Sequence record: NC_005260.1
DNA length: 64,000 bases
Direction: 5' to 3' (one strand)
Numbering within the stretch: the stretch's first letter is position 1; each line of letters starts with the position of its first letter. This document shows, piece after piece, positions 57,054 to 64,000 of the stretch. The notes beneath the pieces are model-generated. The model saw only the letters and a program-made list of their open reading frames with translations, ran no database searches and had not been told where the DNA came from. A program made the translations under genes and the position numbers.

Positions 57054-57260
57054 TTACCTCATTAACTTGTGGTACTTCATTAAGTGAGTACCGATTGTGT
57101 CTCGATTGACTATGTAACAGAACAGTCCATAGAAAATCATACAATAGCCCAAATAGAATGAAGTATCATAATTGAGCTGCTTATAGTAGTTAAATCCCAT
57201 TGTAGCATTCACCAATGAAAAATCAATAGCAAATGCAAAAATAATTGCCAACGCTTTCAT
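57054..57260 (-). CDS. Small membrane protein
   Basis: Two hydrophobic helices; ATG 57260. Confidence 0.55.
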   Translation of the reverse strand: MKALAIIFAFAIDFSLVNATMGFNYYKQLNYDTSFYLGYCMIFYGLFCYIVNRDTIGTHLMKYHKLMR

Positions 57261-57271
57261 ATTTTCACCAT

Positions 57272-57308
57272 AAAAAAATGGGGACAATCTTTCGACTGTC
57301 CCCATTTT
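57272..57308 (-). terminator. Terminator after 30.9
   Basis: AAAATGGGGACA/TGTCCCCATTTT with U7 on minus. Confidence 0.85.
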
Positions 57309-57332
57309 ACTAAACTTGATTTACAAAGTCAA

Positions 57333-57761
57333 TCACTTACCGCGACGAACTTTCTTTTTTGCAACAGGCGCTTGAGTTGCTGCACCAGCAGGACGCGGAG
57401 CGTGACGCTTGAACTTGAACTCGGTACGCTGGGTTTCGGCATCAACGATGCGATTTTGCTTGCCCAGTACCAGAGCTTCGGCATCTTTCACGTACTTGTA
57501 TACGCGCTCGGCCTTGCGTACCAGACGAGTCAGAGCAACGTCCAGACGGGATTCTTGTGCGCCTTTCTTCGGGTTCTTCGGACCGGCGTAGCCCCAACGA
57601 GCAGACTTGGCAACTGCTTTCTTGAGTGCAGTCTTTGCGACTTCATCTTGCGGCTGGTCAGCGATATGACGATTCAGATCGCGTTCTTTGTTCTTAGCGA
57701 ACAGAGAAGTTGATTTGTAGATTGCGAAGTGACCTTTACCGCGGCGAGATTTCTTAGCCAT
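57333..57761 (-). CDS. 30.9: Extended gp30.9-like basic protein
   Basis: SARWGY...SRLDVALTRLVRKAERV resembles T4 30.9; downstream of rIII. Confidence 0.55.
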   Translation of the reverse strand: MAKKSRRGKGHFAIYKSTSLFAKNKERDLNRHIADQPQDEVAKTALKKAVAKSARWGYAGPKNPKKGAQESRLDVALTRLVRKAERVYKYVKDAEALVLGKQNRIVDAETQRTEFKFKRHAPRPAGAATQAPVAKKKVRRGK

Positions 57762-57918
57762 TTTTAATTTCCTTTTGTATGGATTCTATGAGTTCATTAA
57801 CAACGTCATCACCGAAATCAGTTTCGATTTCGTCAACGCTGAGTGTCCAACGAGCTGTGATCTTTCTTGGCTTAGCCTTAATAACAGCCCGTTCGATTTT
57901 TATTTCTATCAGATCAGT
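57754..57918 (-). other. Start-less 54-codon frame in frame with rIII; resembles a gp23 segment
   Basis: TDLIEIKIERAVIKAKPRKITARWTLSVDEIETDFGDDVVNELIESIQKEIKNG*; no ATG/GTG/TTG; stop overlaps the 30.9 start. Confidence 0.6.
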
Positions 57919-58203
57919 TCAGGATTTGAAGTAGTCTTTCAGTTCAGCGGTGATGCCGCGAACAACAGAGCTATCCAGTTCTTTAGCGAAACGCAGACCG
58001 TATCCTTGTTCCATGTCCCACTGGTTGATGTATTCTACCAGTTCAACAGCTTTCTTGTTCTTGGGAAGAGCGGAAGCAACTTCCAGAGCATAAGCCAGAA
58101 CGTCGATAGACGCACCTTGGTTTTCGTGACCGGCATTCCATGCTTGACGTTGAGCAACAACACCACCACGTACCAGGGTTTCAGCAAATTGTTTTACAGA
58201 CAT
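57919..58203 (-). CDS. rIII: Lysis inhibition accessory protein rIII
   Basis: QRQAWNAGHENQGASIDV matches T4 rIII; downstream of gene 31. Confidence 0.92.
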   Translation of the reverse strand: MSVKQFAETLVRGGVVAQRQAWNAGHENQGASIDVLAYALEVASALPKNKKAVELVEYINQWDMEQGYGLRFAKELDSSVVRGITAELKDYFKS

Positions 58204-58213
58204 TTTTATTTCC

Positions 58214-58624
58214 TTAACGAGACAGAAGAGTAAGAGAAGATTTGAACGGTTGTTCAGTTTGTTCTACGGGTTTGCCTTGTGGCTTACCATCATAGATTGT
58301 ACGAATGCCTTTGTAATGCAGAGTCACGAAAATTCGTGCTTCTGTGCTGTTACGCGGGATAAGCCCGTAGGCCATTCGCGGGTCAGGTACGTTACTGTAA
58401 ATCCCACTACCTTGCGGCAGCGCAACGTCTTTACCCATCAACTCTTTGATACTTTCTGGACAGTTTTCACCAACAGAAACGACAGTTCCATACAAAGGAA
58501 TGTCACCTTGATTTCTAACACCAAGAATCAATCCGGCATCAGATTTCAGTTCTTCACCCTTTCGGGCTGCATTACATTCGAGGACCACTTGTTCGTCGAA
58601 TGCTCTAAAACCTAAATCACTCAT
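58214..58624 (-). CDS. 31: Co-chaperonin gp31
   Basis: RAFDEQVVL, SDAGLILG, GTVVSVGE, HYK. Confidence 0.92.
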   Translation of the reverse strand: MSDLGFRAFDEQVVLECNAARKGEELKSDAGLILGVRNQGDIPLYGTVVSVGENCPESIKELMGKDVALPQGSGIYSNVPDPRMAYGLIPRNSTEARIFVTLHYKGIRTIYDGKPQGKPVEQTEQPFKSSLTLLSR

Positions 58625-58706
58625 TCATATTTCTCAATGAGTTTAACACACGTTGTCTCTCAGGACAACTCCCTTTTGTTGTTCGCTGTATCGCGTCAAC
58701 AAGATA

Positions 58707-58735
58707 ATATTATCATTGCTGACGCGAACAGTAAA
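58707..58735 (-). promoter_or_regulatory. Promoter TTTACT-N17-TAATAT (gene 31) within a long palindrome
   Basis: Intergenic 31.1/31. Confidence 0.55.
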
Positions 58736-58737
58736 CA

Positions 58738-59067
58738 TTAAATTCGAATCAGATCTTCGATTTTCAGAGAACCGATAGAGATCAGTTTCTTGAGCTGGAA
58801 GCTACGCCACTCTTTGGTGCCAACTTCATAGAAGCGGCAGGATTCGAAGCTTTCGCGACGTACAACAGTCGGCTTAACTTCTTTTTCGAACAGCTCTTTG
58901 CCGAGTTCGGTAGTGATCAGGCGCTCGTTCAGAGAGGCTTGAGCTACACGGATGGAGCCATCAACTTTTTCGAACACAACTTGGTGTTCACCCAATCGCA
59001 GAATTGCTTCCACGCAACGTTTTACGATTACTTTTTCGTTTTCGGTCAGGTCGTCCCACTTTCTCAT
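58738..59067 (-). CDS. 31.1: gp31.1-like (WYL/SH3-fold) protein
   Basis: VVFEKVDGSIR...EWRSFQLKKLISI matches T4 31.1. Confidence 0.8.
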   Translation of the reverse strand: MRKWDDLTENEKVIVKRCVEAILRLGEHQVVFEKVDGSIRVAQASLNERLITTELGKELFEKEVKPTVVRRESFESCRFYEVGTKEWRSFQLKKLISIGSLKIEDLIRI

Positions 59068-59348
59068 TTTTTCAGTTCCTTACAGGTTTTGTCAGTTATA
59101 TCAGTTTCTTTCATCCAACCGGATTCGCTAGAATAGAAGAATGTTTTATTGGTCGGAGCCGGAGCATATCGAGCTTGTTCAATATGCACGATTTTACCTT
59201 TGTATGTTGCATTGCAATCAACATTGGTATCAACCACGTTGTTCATGTATTCAGATGCGGCAGGCATAGCCATAGCCACGATTACGATACCAAATAAGAT
59301 CTTCTTGGTACGTTCACTCAATTCAAAATCAAAATTACGCAGAATCAT
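59064..59348 (-). CDS. Membrane-anchored hypothetical protein
   Basis: N-terminal TM segment; overlaps coupled to cd. Confidence 0.55.
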   Translation of the reverse strand: MILRNFDFELSERTKKILFGIVIVAMAMPAASEYMNNVVDTNVDCNATYKGKIVHIEQARYAPAPTNKTFFYSSESGWMKETDITDKTCKELKK

Positions 59349-59893
59349 TCTATACGTTTCCTTTTGGATAAAACTTTTTCCCAGTTTAACATAGTCAGGT
59401 ATTTCTTGTCAATCTTTATTACTTTGATACCGCTACGTGTCAACGTTTCAGCCCAATCAGCGTTTGAGCCGTTGTAATCTTCACAATAGACAAGCGTTTT
59501 GATCTTAGCTTGTGCAATCGTTTTGGCGCACTCTGGACAAGGTGCCATAGTGCAATACATGGTAGCGCCTTCAATAGACTTGCCACCGTGTGCAGCGAAC
59601 AGGATAGCGTTCATTTCAGCATGAATAACGTTTGACTTAGCCCATGCGGAGTATTCGTCCGAACGATCTTGTCTCAGTCGCAATTCTTTACCCACGCCAG
59701 GAACATCGACGTATTCTGCCCACCCGTTTTCTTCTGCTACTTCGTCACAGTTCGGTTGACCGGAGATTGTGCCGTTGTAGCCACTACTGATTGGACGATC
59801 ATCTTTAGAGATAATCGCACCAACTCGATAGCTCACACACTTGCTTTCCTGTGCGACAAGAAAGGCATTTTGCAAAAAAGTAGTTGTTTTCAT
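59345..59893 (-). CDS. cd: dCMP deaminase
   Basis: SKCVSYRVGA, SSGYNG, HAEMNAI, PCPECAK. Confidence 0.96.
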   Translation of the reverse strand: MKTTTFLQNAFLVAQESKCVSYRVGAIISKDDRPISSGYNGTISGQPNCDEVAEENGWAEYVDVPGVGKELRLRQDRSDEYSAWAKSNVIHAEMNAILFAAHGGKSIEGATMYCTMAPCPECAKTIAQAKIKTLVYCEDYNGSNADWAETLTRSGIKVIKIDKKYLTMLNWEKVLSKRKRIE

Positions 59894-60264
59894 TTTACCG
59901 GATTCGGGTCGATAATGATAGAGTCTACCGCGACTTTAATCACGATATTCTGATCTTTAAATAGGAGTTTACCAACTCGCGCAAACAGATCCGCATGATC
60001 GCGAATAATGTCCGGATGTTTGGCAGTGTGCCAATGCGCATTTCGGCAACTGTAATCTGACCATGCTTCTCTTGCAATGTCAAGACACACGCCGACGTCA
60101 CGCGCAATAATCCGGTGTTTCAGCTCATTCCAAAAACCGGAGTTGTAAAGCTTGAGTGTTGGATTACCACCCTTGCCGAATGTGATACCGCCGCCAACTG
60201 GAATCAGTTTCTTATATTCGGTATCGTAAAAAGCATAGTTGCCTTTTAGATCAATAGTTTCCAT
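59890..60264 (-). CDS. Hypothetical protein
   Basis: Coupled start/stop overlaps. Confidence 0.6.
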   Translation of the reverse strand: METIDLKGNYAFYDTEYKKLIPVGGGITFGKGGNPTLKLYNSGFWNELKHRIIARDVGVCLDIAREAWSDYSCRNAHWHTAKHPDIIRDHADLFARVGKLLFKDQNIVIKVAVDSIIIDPNPVK

Positions 60265-60521
60265 TAAATGTCCTTTGGCGGAAATTGTGGAAGATCACCT
60301 ACGCACCAATCGATTTTGTCGCCAACATACCACACGGTATAGTTAACAGATTGGAATCCAACCATGCCGTTTTGCATTGGCACTGGCACTCGAATCTGGA
60401 AAGAATATTCATCGGGTCTAGTTTTGCTGTAACCGAATTGAATCCCACGTTTGCCGTATTCAGAAGCAAGAACTGGAATCAGTTTCGTCTCGATCTCAGT
60501 CTCAAACTGTGCAGGAGTCAT
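60264..60521 (-). CDS. Hypothetical protein
   Basis: Coupled start/stop overlaps. Confidence 0.6.
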   Translation of the reverse strand: MTPAQFETEIETKLIPVLASEYGKRGIQFGYSKTRPDEYSFQIRVPVPMQNGMVGFQSVNYTVWYVGDKIDWCVGDLPQFPPKDI

Positions 60522-60805
60522 CTTGTTTTTCCGAACGTCAGTTTAGTTACACTTTCAATCATCATCGTGTCCAGCATTCGCTTTATACGACGGGAATCAT
60601 CAAGTGCAATCGGTTTATATTTGAGTTTGCCAAACATGCTTTTACCAGCAAACTCTCCCTTTTCCATAAGCTCTATCAGCTTAGGTACCAGTATACTCCC
60701 CTGGTAATTTTTTGCAAGCTCTTTTGTCTTAAAGATACAAGCTTGGCCGTCTTGAATAACAACCGATCTTCGTTGATTGTCATCAAAATAGGTAATCGCG
60801 TACAT
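60518..60805 (-). CDS. Hypothetical protein
   Basis: AAGGAG SD, ATG. Confidence 0.6.
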   Translation of the reverse strand: MYAITYFDDNQRRSVVIQDGQACIFKTKELAKNYQGSILVPKLIELMEKGEFAGKSMFGKLKYKPIALDDSRRIKRMLDTMMIESVTKLTFGKTR

Positions 60806-60878
60806 AAAAACTCCTTGTTTCTTTCTATGCTATCACGAAAATAACACAGAAGAAACAAGGGGATTTCTCCCCTTGCGA

Positions 60879-61796
60879 TTAGAAATTAGAGTCTTGAACT
60901 TCCCAGCACTCAAGACCCAGCGAGCGCCACATATCTACCACTTTCTTGCGGTCATCTACGGCATACAGCACGTTGAACTTGGGTGCGATATCACGGAAGA
61001 AGATTTCTTTCTTGATAACGTCATCGGGACGCTGATCTCCGGCTTCACGCTGGAAGTGAAAATCACACGGCATACCGACTTTCTTGTACCACTCTGCGGT
61101 GGCCTCTTTACAACAGCCATCACGACCACTCAAGTTGATGATAGTTACACCACGCGCTTTCAGATCTTTAGCGTGATTGATTACATTATACTTCGGCAGA
61201 TCTTGTCCAACCTTGTCCCATTCGAACGGACCACGATTGTGCATATGAGCAGTAGTTCCGTCAGTGTCAAACATCACAGCAGTTGGCAGAGCGGTGGACG
61301 GCTCATACAGCTCAGTTTCAGCAGCAAAGTCGGGAACGTAAGAAGTGTGAACTTCCGGATTGAATTGTTCAACAAACCGCTCATGCATCGATTTAACACG
61401 TTCAGGGTCAAGTTTCCAAGGACCGCGAGTCTTGTTACGCGCAAGCAGTTCGTCCAGCTCGACGTTAAACCACAACTCACGGTATTCATAGCCTTCAACG
61501 GCAGCAAGTTCTTGCCATTGTTTACGATATACCGGGCTCAGGTTAGTATCGGAAATGATGATGTTTTTCTTGGCATTGATTGCGGCAACAATCATGGCTT
61601 CATTTGCAGCAGATACCAGATTTTCGCGATCATTGTTGAACTTGTATTCACCCCAGCCACCAATCGCAAACAGGGACTTTCGGGTATTATCACGGTTGAC
61701 TTCAACGAGCAGACCACGAGATTTCTTTACTTCGCTTCTTGCGTAGGTGCTCTTACCGGAAGATGATACACCAACAGTTAATTCGATATACGGCAT
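60879..61796 (-). CDS. pseT: Polynucleotide 5'-kinase/3'-phosphatase
   Basis: GVSSSGKST P-loop, NRD, FDTDGT HAD motif, SGR, DDRKKVVDMWRSLG. Confidence 0.96.
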   Translation of the reverse strand: MPYIELTVGVSSSGKSTYARSEVKKSRGLLVEVNRDNTRKSLFAIGGWGEYKFNNDRENLVSAANEAMIVAAINAKKNIIISDTNLSPVYRKQWQELAAVEGYEYRELWFNVELDELLARNKTRGPWKLDPERVKSMHERFVEQFNPEVHTSYVPDFAAETELYEPSTALPTAVMFDTDGTTAHMHNRGPFEWDKVGQDLPKYNVINHAKDLKARGVTIINLSGRDGCCKEATAEWYKKVGMPCDFHFQREAGDQRPDDVIKKEIFFRDIAPKFNVLYAVDDRKKVVDMWRSLGLECWEVQDSNF

Positions 61797-61799
61797 GTT

Positions 61800-62294
61800 T
61801 TATTCCTTATTGACTAATTCGGCGAGATACGGAACAATTTCGTCATGTCTCACGTTTTTGCTATGTTTACCATGCATTCCACACATCCGATTATACGGGG
61901 TTTGATCGTTCAGGTAAACCACTTTTTCATTTTCTTTATACACTACATAGAATCGGTAGATATCAACGCCGAGATAAAGTGCGTTTGTAATCACTCGCAC
62001 TGAGTTTGGACCAAATGCATCCCGAACGTCTTTGACGATCTGCATCTTATCGCTGATTTCCTCAAACTCCTGTGCGCCATCGTTGCTAAAGATACGTTCA
62101 CAATAATAATCTTCACCAACTTTAATTTCTAGTTCAATGCAACAAGAATCATAATATCCGTGTTCGTCATCTTCCAGCTCTTGTTGGAGCTGTGCGATTG
62201 CTTTCAAAACAGTGTCTCGTTCGAATTCTACCTCAATATCGGTAATCTCAATTCGAGCTTGATCTTCCTCGAAAGCATTCAATTTGGCTTTCAT
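61800..62294 (-). CDS. Hypothetical acidic protein
   Basis: ATG 62294 with AAGGAG SD. Confidence 0.6.
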   Translation of the reverse strand: MKAKLNAFEEDQARIEITDIEVEFERDTVLKAIAQLQQELEDDEHGYYDSCCIELEIKVGEDYYCERIFSNDGAQEFEEISDKMQIVKDVRDAFGPNSVRVITNALYLGVDIYRFYVVYKENEKVVYLNDQTPYNRMCGMHGKHSKNVRHDEIVPYLAELVNKE

Positions 62295-62342
62295 TATACA
62301 GTCTCCTTTTGACTTTGCAAGACAACTTAACAAATTATCTTG

Positions 62343-62371
62343 AAAAGTCAGGCAGTTTCCTGCCTAGACTT
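62343..62371 (-). terminator. Terminator after vs.1-like gene
   Basis: AGGCAG-GAAA-CTGCCT stem followed by TTTT on minus. Confidence 0.7.
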
Positions 62372-62372
62372 C

Positions 62373-62897
62373 TTATTGTTCGATGCAGTCACAATTCTGT
62401 AACTTTCTCATGTTCGCTTTGACTTTGGCAAGATACGTCTGGCCGTCTGTACCGCGATAGTTAAATCCAGCATTGTAAGACGCGACAATTTTACTCCACG
62501 ACTTTTTGCCGTGAACTTCTTGCCAGTATTTCAAGTTCATTTCGGTCATAGAAGCAGATAGCTCCATGTTCTCGATTAGACCCTTTTTCAGATCACGAAC
62601 TTGTTTAGCAGTCATCTTGTAACCAAGCTTCTTTTCCAGTCCGCGAACGGTGTATTTCAGATTGTTCTGGAACACGCCGTAATCACCCGAAACATTGTTT
62701 ACGAGATTTTCTCCAGCTTCACTCTCAGTAAGAGCGATGGCAGCAAAAGTCATGCCGTAGTCCATATTCTGACCCAGCTCATATGCGCGATTCACAACAT
62801 ACAACTGATCATCGTTCAATTCAAGACTAGACGGCGCAGCGTTGACACTAACACTACTAACTGCCAATAGCAGTGTGATACAGATTTTCTTTAACAT
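62373..62897 (-). CDS. vs.1: Secreted SLT-family lytic transglycosylase-like protein (T4 vs.1-like)
   Basis: Signal peptide; AIALTESEAG catalytic Glu, YGVFQN, ASYNAG. Confidence 0.8.
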   Translation of the reverse strand: MLKKICITLLLAVSSVSVNAAPSSLELNDDQLYVVNRAYELGQNMDYGMTFAAIALTESEAGENLVNNVSGDYGVFQNNLKYTVRGLEKKLGYKMTAKQVRDLKKGLIENMELSASMTEMNLKYWQEVHGKKSWSKIVASYNAGFNYRGTDGQTYLAKVKANMRKLQNCDCIEQ

Positions 62898-62981
62898 TTT
62901 CTTCCTCTATTTGTTTGGAATAGAAAGATACCTTTTTCTATGCACTTCCTTTGTTTGTGGGTTGTCGATGATTGCCTAGTG

Positions 62982-63009
62982 AGTATACACGATGAAATAG
63001 CTATGTCAA
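62982..63009 (-). promoter_or_regulatory. Early promoter TTGACA-N16-TATACT (vs.1-like)
   Basis: Between repeat copy 2 and vs.1. Confidence 0.75.
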
Positions 63010-63053
63010 CACGTATACCCGTTTTTAGCTCATTAGCTCATTAACTAATCAGC

Positions 63054-63194
63054 TCCAGAAATCGAACATCGTAAGATTGCGAGCGTAGCGAGCTAACTTA
63101 TTGATTTCATTGAAGAAGACAAAATAGATTCTCATTAAAGATCTATAAGACATTTTATTTTGTCTTTTCTACTCTAGCGGCTACGCCGCAGTCT
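63054..63194. repeat. Dispersed structured repeat, copy 2
   Basis: Same orientation as copy 1; shared TCCAGAAA, core and GCGGC-N3-GCCGC hairpin. Confidence 0.95.
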
Positions 63195-63483
63195 ATCGAC
63201 ATTCTTCTTCCTTGAGATCTTTTCGATAGTGGCACAGAATTTCGTTTTGCTTCTGAACGTAATTGAACACCTTTTCTAGCCAGATTCGGTATCTCACTGA
63301 GTCATCATAACTCATTGCTACATACGGCTTACCGTCGTCCAGAATCACTCTCCACTCAGGTCGATACGTCTCTACTACTTCTGGACGCGGTGGATGATAA
63401 ACAACAGGATTAATCTCTTGTTGATGTTGCGCACATCCACCCAACATCAGAGTTAGCCCAATCAAAGCATATTTCATTTGCAT
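63193..63483 (-). CDS. pseT.2: Outer-membrane spanin (Rz1-like)
   Basis: Lipobox LMLGGC followed by a Pro-rich segment; overlaps the i-spanin end. Confidence 0.85.
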   Translation of the reverse strand: MQMKYALIGLTLMLGGCAQHQQEINPVVYHPPRPEVVETYRPEWRVILDDGKPYVAMSYDDSVRYRIWLEKVFNYVQKQNEILCHYRKDLKEEECR

Positions 63484-63860
63484 TTCTTAGCTCCCATGAT
63501 GCAATCCGCGTTATCGCTGAATCCCTGATAACTGGTATTGATCTTCTTCTCTACCAGCTTAGGCTTCTTCGCAACAACGTCTCCTCTCCCAATCATCTTC
63601 TCAAGACTAGACACTTTGACATCAAGCTTCGTATTAAGCTCTCCAATGCGTTTGCCAAGCGTTTGGCTCTGAGTTGATAGCTCCGTAATGTTCTCCCTCA
63701 ACTCTTTAGCCAAACGCTCCTGGCCTTCGATTTGAGTTGATAAACTGGATATCTCTTTCTTCTGATCTTCTATTGTGTCGCTCATATACCAGAAAGCTCC
63801 GCAAAGCAGCGCAATTCCAAGTAAACCAGCAGTCCACTTATTCGCCAATAAACCTAACAT
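63474..63860 (-). CDS. pseT.3: Inner-membrane spanin (Rz-like)
   Basis: N-terminal TM, coiled coil, KKPKLVE, C-terminal Cys. Confidence 0.85.
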   Translation of the reverse strand: MLGLLANKWTAGLLGIALLCGAFWYMSDTIEDQKKEISSLSTQIEGQERLAKELRENITELSTQSQTLGKRIGELNTKLDVKVSSLEKMIGRGDVVAKKPKLVEKKINTSYQGFSDNADCIMGAKKCK

Positions 63861-63999
63861 ATTTCTCCCTATGTCTCATGATTTTATGAACATGTTCACT
63901 ACTATTTACGAACGACTGAATCGTTTCTTTTGTATGAATTTCGAGCACACCGGTAACAAAGTCCTTGATATAGAACTTACCTTTATAACGGTAAATGTG
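63841..63999 (-). CDS. 3' end of an ORF starting beyond the window
   Basis: Open frame HIYRYKGKFYIKDF...FIGE* ending at 63841. Confidence 0.4.
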
Positions 64000-64000
64000 A

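Noticed and set aside
60873-61766. 297-aa plus-strand ORF antisense to pseT
   Set aside because: Exact mirror frame of pseT; no independent expression signals.
62910-62950. 12-codon uORF in the vs.1 leader
   Set aside because: GTG lies only about 1 nt from the SD-like sequence, too close for initiation.

Overview
A 64-kb segment of a T4-like myovirus (Straboviridae). From memory and unverified, the 534-aa gp23, the 1035-aa Wac and the CTAAATA late-promoter motif match Aeromonas phage Aeh1 or a close relative. Positions 1-37.7 kb are the plus-strand late morphogenesis cluster: 53, 27-like hub, 5, 5.1, 5.4, 25, 6-12, wac, four accessory whisker-linked ORFs, 13-21, 67/68, 22, 23 and 24. It is interrupted by one antisense Zn-ribbon ORF between genes 14 and 15. 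Positions 37.7-64 kb are mostly minus-strand early/accessory genes (RyR-, SLOG-, HTH-, PTH2-, YqeY- and NADAR-like proteins, hoc-like, inh, split rnlB, uvsY, dda, ligase, 30.x, rIII, 31, cd, pseT, vs.1, spanins), with plus-strand uvsW/uvsW.1 and alt. No tRNA, rRNA or CRISPR array was seen. Strongest signals: (1) a ~100-bp dispersed element present twice (24.8 kb and 63.1 kb; 76/78-nt core identity), bracketed by inward-facing GC-GNA-GC mini-hairpins; (2) a start-codon-less 54-codon frame directly behind the rIII UGA stop that aligns to the phage's own major capsid protein; (3) a +1 frameshift in rnlB at AGU-UUU-CUA-UGA; (4) a multi-foldon fibritin followed by a chain of apparently interlocking accessory ORFs, plus extra domains in gp7, gp10 and gp11. 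All family assignments come from motif recognition by eye; no searches were run.
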